64,000 nucleotides of DNA from Guillardia theta CCMP2712 (GCF_000315625.1 NW_005434498.1:30478-94477), one strand, 5' to 3'. Positions 40,385 to 53,273 are shown, counted from the stretch's first letter. Numbers and translations are program-made. The notes: generated by a model from the letters alone, not told the origin.

Positions 40385-40929
40385 GATGAAGCTGTTTCTG
40401 TGTTGTTCTTCTCTTCTCTTCTTCTCCCTTCTTCTCTCGTCTCCCCTCCTTTGTTCTTCCTCCTGCCTTCGCTCGTTTGTTCAAACCCGCCGTTATGCCC
40501 GTAGTCTCTACCCACCCGCCTGTACACTAACCATTACCCCCACCCTCAAATTACCCTCATTTTACCCACCAATTTGCCATTTGAGGACCCTACCTGCCTT
40601 CATAAATAAAACACCCCTGCTCAAATGAAAGAATAGTACCCGTCCTGCTCCGGTTGGATGGATAGTACCCTTACCCTCTGACTACCACAATATTTATCAC
40701 CCCTACCATGCAGAATAACATAAATTCGGTACAGTTTTTCTTTGCACCACCCACGATCCCCAAGTACCCCTACCTCCTTCGTTGGACTACGAGGTTCCGT
40801 GGCAGGCCAGCCCTTCCAGCGATCCGCATATAGCGAGCCTGATAGCGAGCTAGCGCAGGAGCCTGAGGCAAGGAGAGAGCGGAAGGAGAGGGTCGATAGA
40901 CTCCAAGTGCATAGAAGCGACTCTGCGGG

Positions 40930-41187
40930 ATGTTCGACATGATTCGACAAGCGGTGAAGTTGTGGGAGCGGCCCGATGCCATCGAGTCCGGGCCTGGGTG
41001 CAAGCCGACGTATCGCAATCATCTCTGCAGAATTGATCCTGTTCCAGGAGATTATGGAGAATATCTTGCGCCAGATCAGTATCCTGATGGTAGCTACAGG
41101 AGCTCAGACGTTCCGGTGGGAGGAGACTGGGTTTACTGGGAGCATTACGCTTGCACACTTGACATGAAGAATGGAACATGCATCTAA
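40930..41187 (+). CDS. Small hypothetical protein (85 aa, four Cys)
   Basis: ATG-to-TAA single-exon ORF with protein-like composition, placed just after a TACCCC-rich intergenic island. Confidence 0.5.
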   Translation: MFDMIRQAVKLWERPDAIESGPGCKPTYRNHLCRIDPVPGDYGEYLAPDQYPDGSYRSSDVPVGGDWVYWEHYACTLDMKNGTCI

Positions 41188-41398
41188 AGAGCAACTGGCT
41201 TGTTGGCATTCCTGAATTTATTCACCGATGTTGGTTACATTTTTCTCAAGATTTCGGTCTGGTCTGCCGGTAGCAAGTTGTTGGTAAAACACTCCGAAGA
41301 ATGTTCAGGAATGTCGAGGATTGTTCAGGATCCTGGGCTGATTTGAGAAAATTGTGGTGAGATGGATTGTGTAGATTAAGTAGAAACGGCTGTGTTTG

Positions 41399-42783
41399 CT
41401 AAAGTGAACGGTTATCGATTTGATCACAGAGCGCAATGAAGAAAAGGGTTGCCGTAACATGTGCATCACTACTATGACTGCGCAGCAAATCGCTGCAGGC
41501 GTTTACGTCGCATCTCTTCCTACGAACGAGGATGAGAATGACATACTTATGCAGGTCAAGACCTACCACAGGGTCCACAGCGACTTGAGGTGCCTGAAAC
41601 ATGAGGCTCTCGGCAATGGCTGCAGGCAACAAGGTTACCAAGAGATTTCAGGTCACAAATAAAATACCAGCAGCGAGCTCAGGATCCTCTTGAGGATCTA
41701 CACCCGCAGAAGCGAAAGCTGCTTGGATCTCAGCACTGTTGTCCTCCTGAAGCGAATAACCGGAGCCAGAGAAAGCAGACGAAGCTGTGGTTTTGCTCTG
41801 AGATGCCACGGGTCCCGAGAGCTGTAACCGCGTCAGAGACTGACTACTCACAACTGTCGAAGTTCCTGTGTCACCTGATTGTCCGAACACGCTTGGACCA
41901 GCTCTTCCAGTCTTCTGTTGTCCTTCTCTATTGACGTCTGTGGAAAATTTCCTCTGACTACAAAGACGCTGTAGCCGTCATTCTTCATCTGCATCAAAAG
42001 CATCCCCAAATATGAGTCCGAAACGAATTTCGGTTTCTCATACATGGAGTTCACATCAAACCTGTTCACAGGTTGACCGCATATTCCATGAGTGTCAATA
42101 CTCTCACCAGTATTTCCCCAGCCGACGCAGGGAGAACCAGTGTTCCGACCTGTTGAGGATGAAGCCGATCTCCTTCTCAGGACTTTTGAGCACCCCAGCA
42201 GTCTCAGAGCTTCCCAGGTGCATGCACTGGTATCCACGCGTCATCAAAGCCTCCAAGATCACCTGAGGGACGACAACATGGTCAACGAGGCGAGGACGGC
42301 AATAGCGCTCTCAACCTGAACGCTGAAGAATCCGTCGGCGCGGACATTCGCTGAGCTCAGATCAGAATCGATCCTGCCGCTGCCCAGCGCTTGACGTTCG
42401 CGTCGATCAATGTCAGCTGCGATGTCAGCTAGCTGAATCTCATCGAATTCTTGGTCTTGAAGGAGGTTGTTCAAGCAGTGCACGGCACACAGAGAGCCGA
42501 TCTGCTTCTCGTGATACATCCCCTTGAACCACTTCGACAGCTTCTCCCCATCCACTGGCTCTGCAAACGAGTTCGGCTGCGGCGGGTTTGCTGCATCATC
42601 AGCGGACTTGAAGTCTGACAGCGTGTGAATGGGCATCCCTCCTCGAATAGCCAAGACGCGCAAAGAATGAGTTGTTGAAAGCCTCCAACCTATCAGCCGA
42701 TGTATAACAGGTGTGCTAACCGCTGACAAAGGAAAGAGAGCAAACAACAGAAAGCCGATACTAGCCCTTCTTGTGTGAAACAC
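41399..42783 (-). CDS. ATXN3: Josephin-domain deubiquitinase (ataxin-3-like) with SHP box and UIM, multi-exon; first in-frame ATG at 42636
   Basis: YHEKQIGSLCAVHCLNNLLQ (catalytic Cys), GFFSVQV, FILNRSEHWFSLRR (His), FDVNS (Asn), GYSVFVVRG; FSGSGYSL (SHP box); spliced EDPELAA|AIAESL (UIM-like). Confidence 0.9.
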
Positions 42784-43786
42784 TGTTTCTGACTTCTGTA
42801 TTGTTTCTTCCCTTCTCTAACGTTGCTTTTCCGTTTCGTTGAGAGATCAAATCATCAACACTTTCTGGTTGCTCTTCTTGAAAACCGACGAACACGGGGA
42901 ACCGATCAACCTCTATCCAGAACAGCACCTCTACTCTACTCTCCTGCACTCTTTTCGCCTTTCCCTTCCTATCGCGACTATCTCTCCTCCCTTCGTCTCT
43001 CCTTCCCCGTCCTCGCGCGACGGGGCACGATCTCTCTGGGTTTTGAAAATACGTTGAGCTCCAAAGGATTATGAAGAAATGATACACAATTAGCTATTGA
43101 TGTTTTTGAAAAATTATATTATTAAATATTCTACTGTGTCATCATTACCAAGAAAGTTCAATTTAAATATTTATTAGCTTTTTTACGAATAGAGGGTCGC
43201 AAGACATTCTAAATATTTGAGTCTTAATTTGGAAAATGAGGGGATTGCTTTGAAACTGCTGGTTGGAGAAGCCCGAATCGTCGTGATAAAAAACCACTTT
43301 TAAATGTAGCTTATATTACGTGGTTTTACAACAGTATTAAAGGGTGGTAGGGGAATAGCGAAATAGATGGTGGTTGGAGTAATAATATAAGTAATGCATG
43401 AAGGAACATGACGGGAAGAAGTAGGAGGGGGGTTAGGATGAGGAGGAGAGGAGATATCAAGAAGATAATGATGATGATTGAGGAGAAGCAGAAGGAGGAG
43501 CAGACGGAGCAGAAAAAGCGGGGAGGGGGAGGGGGAGTGATAGAAGCAGAAGACATCGAAGGAAGGTGAAGAACCTGCTCGACTTAGAAATTTAATTAGA
43601 CTTGGGAGAGATGAAAGATAATCTTCAATAGCAGTATAATTATGCAGTAAAGAGTCAGGCGGGAAATCATGGACAACGAATACTGGAAATCATAGACAAG
43701 GAATACTTTTATTCCAGAATATTTTGAGCTTGAGATAACAGTTGACTGACCAGAACACAGGCACGAACAGTTTCATAGTCACAAAG

Positions 43787-46778
43787 ATGTCTGAGACTGC
43801 TGAGGACGTGTGGTTCAGGGAACGAGCAGAGCAGGTGATCCTCTTCTCCCTTCTCTCATGTTGTGGAGGTTGTGCGTGCTGGATTCGTGTGTTGCTGCTG
43901 AAGCTCGAGCTGGCGCTGCAAGCAGATGCTGGCTTGCATTATGCTGGTTGTGTCGTATGCTGGTATTGCATGGTGTGCTTTCTTTGTTGCTTTGTTTTCC
44001 TGGTGATGTTGGTAGTAGTTTTGTATCACGTGACAGTTTTTTTCTTCGCTGGTTTCTTTCTAATCGAAATGCAGCTGCGGATGCAGAATGTTTTGTCGGC
44101 TCACTCTGGTAGGTTGTGTTTTAAACCATCAAGTGGTGTTGACATTCTTGCAAGCATGTTCAAGCATCCTCGTTGCACACCTGAGTGCCTTTGCTCCATT
44201 GCACCAACCAGGTATCCTCCCTTCTTCTACGGCGTCATGGCTAATCTCAAGCTTAGCATCTCATGAGACCCAGCTGGTACCGAGCCAGGGAGCGTCGCCC
44301 TCATCGTCAGTGGCTGAGGAGACTCAGCAGGAGGTCAAGGTGCGGAGAAGGTACTAAGATCGTGTGTACTCCAATTCCCTTGAGCTGAAGTTTGCACGAA
44401 ATAGTTCAAAGAAAGTGAGGAAAGGCCCTTGTGTCGACCGTGCATGCTCAAGATGCAGGTCAGTATCTGATGCCCGCTATTGGGCGAGGTTGATGATATT
44501 TTTATGTGTTACTTTCTTGAACGTGAGGGTTGGCAAGCTTACCCAGTGCTCATAGGTTGAAGAAAGTGAGATGCAGCGGAGTTCGTCCATGCGTCGAATG
44601 TGTTCTTAAGGGAGCAGCGAACAATTGCGATGTCGGGTGCGATGAAGAAGAAACTTCATCTGACTACAAAATTCATGTCTGTTCAACTTTATGTCTTCCT
44701 CTTTGTAACGAGCATGATGATCAGCGACCGCTAGCCACTTCTACAGTTTTGGACTTCTTAAAAGGTTGTTGAGATCGATCCTGGTTGTGTATGTAAGACT
44801 TTTGCCATTTGCAGATGTAGGCCTTGAAGCAGTCGAGAATGCCGCGAAAGCTCGAGGAAGAAATTCTGTAAAAGAGGAAGAGGAAGAGGGTTCACTCTCT
44901 AACGTTGAATCCTTCAGGTTGTCTTGCGACGGTCATGGGAGTTCGGCTTTAGTTATACGGAAATCATTAGCGGTGACAAAAATGACGCCGGCTACAGCTC
45001 AGCTGATCTGATGCATGCAGCTTTCATCAACCTTCCTGATAGCATATGGGACGCGATTGACAAAGGGATTCATACGCTCCACAGGCAACTGAATGAACCT
45101 TGATACTCCTTTCTGCGATGCTGATGTGCAATCAGAGTTGCTCCGATGCTCAGACTCAAAGCTGCGCTTGAACACGATACGAGTTTGAATCCTCAAGGCT
45201 CTGTGAACCCGCCTAAAGCACTTCCGAACGCGAAAGTGGTTTCGATGCGAGACATCGAGAATGAATGTTACAGTCCAGGTCGCTGACCCTTCTTCAACCC
45301 CCCGTCCCGCTATCCCCTATTCCTTGCTCCTCCCTCCCTCCCTCTCTCCCTCTCTCCCTCCCTCCCTCGTCAGTTGTTTACCGTAACGGGGAAGAGCAGA
45401 AGCGCTCCAGGAGAGATTCGGACACGGGCGTTACGTGAGCTACCGCTACGATCCAAAGACGTCATTCCGTCAGGTATTGAATACACTCATCTTTGCCTCC
45501 CTCCCTCCATCCATCCCTCATCCATGCCTCTCAGCTGAGATATGTTGTCAGAGCTTCATCGTGGGTCCAGAGGTGGGTTATGTCTTTGGCATCCATCCCG
45601 AGGAGATCGCCAGTCGCATTGGTAAGCTTTGAAAGATTGAAGCGAAACAATGATCGTATTTCAGGATGCAGTGAAATGGGGCACTTGTTCAACGAGTTTG
45701 AATTTTTATGTTTGATGCTCGACCAGGTCACTTGAGCATCGTTCATGTGCAGATATCTTGACCACATCCCCCCAGTTTTGCAACTGTCTACGACCAGTCT
45801 ACAAGTGTTACTTCCGGATGAACAACGTGGTTTGTGTCCCCTCCCCCTTCCTGGCTGCCCCTGCCTCTCCAATCTCATTTCTTCCACCCAACCATGTGCA
45901 GAAGCAGGAAATCACTGATTTCTTCACCTTCTTTCTTCAGCACGGCTCCAAGCCTGTCGTAGTCCGTGCGACTGTGGAGCGGGACTGCGACTATGTGGGC
46001 TGCTCCTAAAATCGCCTTCCCATCTCATCCTTGCACTGCAGTTGGGGCGTGTGGTATGCATTCACTTCTTGTACGACACCGTCACGGAGGTACAAGTTTG
46101 TCTCAGTCGCCTGTCTCAGACGCTGATCGTTCGATTCACAGGAGGACTACAACCAAGACATCGCTGACAACCCCGAGCTCGGGCGACCCTTCGCAGGTCT
46201 GAAGCTCCTGCTCTCATGCTTGCTCGGCTGAAGCGCTGGTTTCAGCGGCAGTGGGCGATCGACGATCCTACAAGGAGCTGCAAGAAGGACACAAGCGTGA
46301 GATGCAGGTGAGGGGGAGCGTGTTGCCTTCATCTTGTTGCTTCCTCCTGTCTGACACTGTGCAGTTTCAAGGCAAGATCCTTTACATGCGCAAATCTCCG
46401 GTGGGAAGAAAGAAACTCGAAACTCTCGCCAAGGTCCTCATACTCCTCTCCTCTCTTTCATCTTGTTCTTCTGTTCACTTGTACGATCAGGAACTTCGGT
46501 ATCGTTTCGCTCCCTTGGTCAAGGCTTGCGACAGCTGGCCCACTGAGCTGCATGAGCCGCTACGATTGTTGGCGACAGACTGCGGTGAGAGTGGAGGATG
46601 GCGAGTTAGCGCAGCTCCTGACGTGGAATCAGACTCGAAGACGCAGGTTCACAATGAGGCGATGGCAGTGTTAAGGTATTGAGGAGGATCAAAGGGAAAG
46701 AGCAGGAGCTAATGCCTGCCTAGGTCCCTCAATGCCGCGTGTGGGCAGTTATGCATGGGGAGGTATGGAGCTATTTGA
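43787..46778 (+). CDS. Zn(II)2Cys6 binuclear-cluster (GAL4-type) domain protein, intron-rich
   Basis: Splicing about 44459 to 44556 gives RACSRCR|LKKVRCSGVRPCVECVLKGAANNC, i.e. Cx2Cx6Cx5Cx2Cx8C. Many short exons with GT..AG junctions follow. Gene ends are approximate. Confidence 0.7.
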
Positions 46779-47217
46779 TAATGTGATGAAAGTGAGGCTT
46801 GAACAGCAACGGGCTGGTCCAGGAGGATGACTCTGCTTCGAGCCAGCATGACGCCGATGCCAGCTCAGTATCCGATGTGCCTTCTCCAGATCCCTTCGAT
46901 TCGCACCTCCTCGTCTGACCAGTGTGATGATACTCCGTTGGGCTCTGTAAAACTCTTGTTGGAATGTAGTGAAGACCAAAGAAAATCAGCTTCACCCCTC
47001 TCTCCTCCCAAATCTTCCTTCTCCATCTCTTCCTTCCCCCTCCATCTCCTCCTCCTCCTCCTCCTCCTCGCTTCTCTCTTCCTCCCCGTCCTGCCCTCCC
47101 TCCTCCCTGCGAAACGCTGTGCAACACTGTTCTACTTCTATTGCCCCCACCCTACCCGATGGGGTCTCTGTTTTTAATTGTCTTTGCGGGGGGTAGGGGT
47201 GTCCCAGCCTTCTAGCC

Positions 47218-49098
47218 ATGGCTTCGGTGATACGTTGTAGCGGGGGTCGAGTTGTTCAGGCATACATTTCATCGCCTTCCTCCTACTTCCATGCTAGCAG
47301 GCATCCCACCTCTTCCTTGCTGCATGCTAGCAGATCTCCTACTCCCTCTACGTTCCATTCGCTCTCCTCTCCCTGTGCTTCTTCGTTTCGGGGACAGAGG
47401 GCGTATAGCGGTTTTTTCCATGAGGGCGAGCATGGAAGGGGATGGCCCAAGAGGCAGAGAAGCGAGCAGGTCAGGAGATTTACAGACGGGAAAGCAGAAG
47501 AGACGGGAGGGGGGAGGGCGAAGCGTCCAGGCCTAACGGAGATGAGGATCTCCCACACTGAGATTCGGCACTCGAGGATGGACCTGGGGGAAGCGCAAGA
47601 GCAGCAAGGGAACCAACAAGTTTTTCAGCAGTACCGGGACGCAGAGATCTCCTCTCCTCAGCCCGGTTCCTCTGACGCTGCTTCCTGGGAGGAAGTCATT
47701 GAACGACCAGGGCCGGAGACGTTGATAGCACGACCTCGCGGTCCTCGGCAAACCATTCGAAGCTCTCTCTCAGCTCCCATCCCTCCTCCCGGCATGCTGG
47801 CGAACAGCAAGGGAAGTGCCTCTCAGCGCTGCGTCGCCTACTGCACAGCTGAGCAGTTCGATTGGGACGGACTCTTGAAGGTTCTGCAGAAGTCGATGGT
47901 GAGCTCTTCGCGTAGCAAAGCTGCTGCTGCTGAAGCCTTTCCTTACCACCACTACACCCTCCTCCTCCTCCTCCTCCTCCAGATTTCAGCCTCTCCTCGT
48001 CCTTCTCACGAGCTGCTGCTGCAGGTTCCCTCGATCTACTTCTCGGAAGTGATTCACGTGAACTTGCAAGAATCAAAAGAAGCGAGTGAGGGCGACGTGT
48101 TCTTCTTCAAGGATGGCTCCCTCGTCTTCTGGGCCATTCCCTACGATCAGGTCTCAAATTCGCGGACATCAGGGCTGCACCAATGACCTCCATGCAGGCG
48201 ACCAAGATCTTGGATCTGATCGAGCCGTACCAGATCGGAGCATACCATCGTGAGGACATTCTCGATTGCTACTCGGAAGTCATCGACTTCACCTACGGCA
48301 AACAGGTTGTCCTTGCAGCATCTGCTCTGAGCTCCCTCACCCGCTCCCTCAGGCTGGTTTGCTTCCCAGTGGCGAGCTTATCCTCTCTGTCGGACAGAAC
48401 AACTGGGCTAAGGCACAGGTGGAGGCTGGACGCGATTGTGACGTGATCTGATCATGACAAAGATCCTGGAGAAAATCGCCTTCAGCCATGGGCTGCAACG
48501 GTCAGTAAAAGTCTCGGTAAGAGGAGGAGAGAGGGAGGCCGCCGTTGAGATCGCCTCCTGCAAGGTGATCGAGAGGATTTCTGAAGATTTGATCAAGTCC
48601 CTGAAGCATATCCCGGACATCCTGATGGAGAAGAGGGCCCTTAAGGTTTTTTTGCTCTGGCTCTCTGCGTCTCTTCTCAGCTTCTGCAGCTGGACAAGAC
48701 GGCGGTGATGAAGATCATGGGACAGCTTCTCTCACTCAGAGGGTTGATCAATCTCCACCTTCCCCTCAGCGAAACCCCGGAGGTTGAACCTTGGACGTGC
48801 GACCCTCACGGCTGACGGGCCAACAGGCATACTGGGAGGAGCCATGGTTGGAGGACCTCTATTCCAAGATCTCACGCGAACTCGACCTTACGGGTAGGAT
48901 TCGAACGTTGAATCGCAAGCTCGACTATGCGCATCAGGTGCGAGAAGAGCGGTTGTGAGAGTTGTTAACACAAGCCGGCAGGTCGTCGAGGTCTTGCGGA
49001 CGGAACTGAGTGAGAGGCACAGCACAAGGCTGGAGAAAATCATCATCTTCCTCATTTCCATCGAAGTAGCCTTCGAGATGTTCCACTTCTTTGCATAA
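47218..49098 (+). CDS. RMND1/Rmd1/Sif2-family (DUF155) protein, probably mitochondrial, multi-exon
   Basis: CVAYCTAEQFD, GDVFFFKDGSLVFW, EKIAFSHGLQRSVK, INLH...ETPE, YWEEPWLEDLY...RIRTLNRKLD, HSTRLEKIIIFLISIEV; S/R-rich N-terminus. Confidence 0.88.
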
Positions 49099-49278
49099 CA
49101 ATGGAAGCTTCACTTCTTGCATCTTGTACCGTTAAGAGTTTACATAATGTACAACTTGGTAGGTAATGGTGAAGGAGCTCATTTCCCTCCCTGTCGCCTC
49201 CTCTCCGCTGCCGCAAGCATTCTCCTCCTCCTCTCTTCATCCGTATCTTGACATCCTTTGCGTCATACCACTCGCCAC

Positions 49279-49960
49279 TTATGGCCCAATCTCACCTGCG
49301 ACTGGAGGACCGAACGTCGATCCCAGTCGGCTTCCTCGCCCGATGAACGCTCTAGTTCTCTCCTCCTCCTGTGCTACGGGGCTGATGTTCCGAGCTCCCT
49401 CCCCTTCCTTCGGGGGCAACTGCTCTCGGTCGGGATCTGATGTTGAAACGTCAGTAATGGAGGACAGCAGGAGGGGAGAAGGGGCGGGGGGGCTGGGGGA
49501 TGGGGGGATGGTGGGGAGCACTTGAAGGCGCTTGTGAGTCGATTGTGATGGTCTTGGATCCTTCTCTTCGCTCCCGCATCATCATGCTGGCAGGAGAGCG
49601 TAAGGACAGTCGGTTGAAACATCCCCAGCTGCACCTCTGCTGTGACTCTCGGATCCCGCTGAGCTCCTCCGTCAAATCTGTGCGGAAGAGAAGGAGAGCA
49701 TCGTGCGACCCCTCATCGCAAAACCCGAGCGCCTGGAGCTTCTGATCGTCTTCCAGGATCGTCCCTCCCACCGTGCGGATGCTCATGCAGTCTCGTGACC
49801 ATCCTTCCTGGTCCTCGATGGCAAATTTGAGCGCCTTAATCGTGGCATCGGGCTTGAGATGGAGGTGAAGCATCCTCCCATCGAGAGTTGCGATCTTGAT
49901 GAATGAATGAGTTACAACGATCCCAACCACCTCGCTTCCGTCCCTCCTCTCTGGCACCAT
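49279..49960 (-). CDS. Ubiquitin-like domain protein with a low-complexity tail
   Basis: IKIATLDGRMLHLHLKPDATIKALKFAIEDQEG...GTILEDDQKL follows the ubiquitin-fold pattern. No C-terminal GG. The 3' exon structure is uncertain. Confidence 0.7.
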
Positions 49961-50476
49961 TACCAGCTCCCTTCAGCTCCTCCTTCTCAATATCCACTTC
50001 CTTGCATGTCTAATTTCCTCTCCTCCCTCCTCCCTCCTCTCCATTACCTTGCCTTCTATCATCTTCTTCATGCTCCACCCCCTCGCCATTTTCGCTTCCA
50101 AATGTTTGTCGGTGAACACCTTGACCAGCATTGTATTATACCCACCCCTCCCCTTTGCTCACAAGACCACCCCATCAAAGCAAAGGAAGTACCCCCGAAA
50201 ACCAACTCGTATGCTCTATTAGGTACCCACCCTGTGTTCCTACAGGATCCCCCAAACCCCCTCCGACCATTTCGTCATGCCGCGTCACTGACGCTTGTCC
50301 CGCGTCCTCGTTCACCTCCTCATTGCCATCCTCCTCTGCTTCCTCTTTCCCGTCGTTCTCCTTACTTGTACTTTCATTATCTCACGTCCACCCGCCCCTC
50401 TGCTCCTCTGCCTTCACTTGCTGGGCTACCGACGCAATCTTGGCACCTTGACATCGCTGGGTAGCTGTCCGTGACC

Positions 50477-52080
50477 ATGAATAACCTCGCTGGTGCTATT
50501 GGCGACCTGCTGGGGTCAAACCAGCGAGATGACGAAGACGAAGACATCAACACGCCTCTGAAACCCTCCAAGCATGGCTCTAGACGCACCAAAACCAGAT
50601 CTGGTCGCTCGTCCACAACCTGTCTCACGGTATTCCTCTTCCATAACGGTGGCGAGCTGTCAGTGACGAACAATACAGATCAGCTTGATCGCCTTCGCAG
50701 CCGCCTTCATCCTTTGCTTGATCTTCTTGGCCACGTCCACAATTTCTGAGGGTGCCTGGTTCAGCCATTGGGGCTTTGGGGACACATCAGCGGTCCGAAC
50801 AAATCGTCACATTCAAGTAAGGTAGAGGCGACAGACAGAGCAGCCTGATCTTGCTGAGCAGAATCATGATTGGAAGAGGACAGCAGGAGCCGATAGGATG
50901 GACACATCGGTGGGGCAAACCCTTGTTCAAGTAAATCAGAGCTGATTTGGAGGCGCAGGGATTGGAGAAGAAGATCCAGCACCTTGAGCGGTCAGGCTCT
51001 CTTCTGTTGAGCTGCTTGGGCGCTCACTGACAGCAACCAAGAGAACTGCAAGCAGCCAATAGAGGCCGACGGGCTGCTCAACCCCGTGCGGCAGCGCCAC
51101 ATAAGACCAAGAAAGTTGACCCGTGGGGGCACGAAGATTACGTGGATGAAGTTGGTGCTGAGTTCCGTTCCAACCGATTTCCTGAACTCGATGAGTACAG
51201 GTCGAGAAGAAGGAGAAGGCAGAAGAAGACAGCATCAAGTGAGTTTGGAGGATCTGCTTGTATCCATTACTCTCTCATGCTCTCGCCACAAGTCGCAAGT
51301 TGTCAAAGGAAGACAAAGACTCTCTACACCTCGACACGGAGGTTGAAGTTGCTCGAGCAGCAGGCTATTACGATTTGAAACGTTGACAGGGGTTGGACAA
51401 GAAGCACAGGAATCTTTTGCGAGCAGAGAAAAAGGCGATCGGTTATCTCATGCCCCGCACGGTTTCTGAAAGTGACAAACTTTGCTAGACATGCAAAACG
51501 CGTATGCTCGGAAAGCTGCAGCTAAAGATTACAGCAGACGGTTAGCGACGATGTCTTCGTGCCCTGCTATTGTAAGCACTCAAACAGGCAGAAGGAAATC
51601 GACGAGATAATGCCCTCCGACATCGACTGTTGACTTCCCTCTCCCTAATGTTGGTGCTGATGTCGACACAGGCCCGGGCCCCAATTGTCTCACTGCTGGG
51701 CAACAGAAGTTGAGTCCTAGGAAATACAAGTTGATTCACAAGTTGGAAGCCTTGCGAGGCAGTCGTCCTGCTCTGACTGTGACGATCGCAGGCATCCGCC
51801 ATGGCACAAGAAGTATCCCAGTGAATTTGACAACGTGCTCAAGCCCAGTGACTGGGTAAAGGTAAAAGTGTGTCAAGTCGTCAGTTGAGAACCATTCACG
51901 AGCTGCGTAAAGGTCTCAGGAAGGTCCGATTACGCCAGGCAGAAGGCTGAGGTGGATAGCATGTTTGCGCCAGAGGTAAGTGGAAGCCCTTGAGCCTTGA
52001 GAAGCTGAGATGCCTCAAAGGCTAAAACCGACGGAAAAGGGGAAGCGAAATCAAGCTGACAGATAGAGAGCAGTAAAGCT
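50477..52080 (+). CDS. Hypothetical type II membrane protein, multi-exon
   Basis: MNNLAG...NTPLK...TCLT|ISLIAFAAAFILCLIFLA (TM segment after an intron at about 50630-50678). Downstream exons and the 3' end are not resolved. Confidence 0.4.
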
Positions 52081-52234
52081 TAAGAAAGGCATGCTGTTTA
52101 TCAACAACTTGTTGGCTTGGAAAGAAGCCAACATATTTACATCGTCGAAAACCCAAAGATAAGCAAGTCACACACGTGCCTCCCGGCAACACTCATCAGG
52201 GAAGCGAGAACGAAATAGAGGCATCAATGCTGCC

Positions 52235-53131
52235 TATGTAGATGATTTCACATCATTCTTCTTGTGGATGGCTACTCGGATGGCGCCTGTTGAAAGCATC
52301 AGACAGAAAGGCGTACACTCTAAAGCTCGCGATGCCTATCCAATCTTGTTTGGTCTTCAATTGATCGGCTCGCAGAAAAAGCTGGTGGCAGGAGTCAGCA
52401 ACAATTCAGCCTGTCTTCGTATGGGACAGTAACCTTATCAGAAACCTGGAAAACCAAAGGATGCTCCGACTCCAACACTTCCTGAATCATGGATGTTTGG
52501 AGGTCCACTTTTTGCAATTCCGCCATGTTCTCGCTCTAACGCACCTCAGCGTGAGGAATTAAATTTTTAGTCATCTTGATGCTTACCGTTCCCATCCACA
52601 TATCTCCCGTATCATTGATAGCAAAAAATTTCTACACACCCACGTTTAGAGTTTCTTTCTGATCAAAATCGAGAAAACAACCTTGGTCCACCCATTCTTG
52701 CCTGAAACATGTTGGCAGCAGTCCATCCAACCGAAGAGGACGTAATCTTCTTCTAGAAGTTCATCCGGCAGTTTGCTCTTGGCACTCGAAGGATTCGACC
52801 AAGCCTGATCCATAGATATGAGTCAGATACAGCAAGAGCAAGAGGAAGCGATTTGATTCTTTTGATTGCAAGCTGAAAAAAGGGCAACGACGATTACGAC
52901 AGAACATTTTTACCCGCTTCAGTAGTTCTCCTCGAATCCCGCGCTTGTACCCGTTCAAGCTCTTTGATCCATGTTTATTCCCATCCCCATCAAAGAGAGC
53001 ATGATGATCGGAAGACTTTCTGCTTCTATCTGTGTTCAACCCCCCAATGTGTGGATCAGTTGTGATCTGATTCATCGTCGAGTCTGGTGAGACCTTTGAC
53101 TTACTTCGTTGAAAGGAAAACCTTGAGACAT
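52235..53131 (-). CDS. PH-domain protein, multi-exon (largely missed by the ORF track)
   Basis: Manual splicing gives MSQ|DSTMNQ...LLKR|AWSNP...YVLFGWMDCCQHVSGKNGWTK|KFFAINDTGDMWMGT|...HPLVFQVSDK|LFLRADQLKTKQDWI..AIRVAI. This matches the PH beta1/beta2 pattern and the C-terminal helix with its conserved Trp. Confidence 0.7.
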
Positions 53132-53191
53132 AATCAGTGCCTCATCTTGTCAACAGTACATGCACAAGAGATATGGGCGTGTACAAGGCAG

Positions 53192-53273
53192 TCACAGACT
53201 TGTGTGAATGAACAAGACATCTTCGTATATTCATCACAGACTTGTGTGATTGAACAAAACGTTTGTATATTCA
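53192..53273. repeat. Two-copy 42-bp tandem repeat, each copy containing TCACA-N6-TGTGA
   Basis: tcacagacttgtgtga starts at 53192 and 53234, each followed by a similar tgaacaa...gtatattca. Confidence 0.85.
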
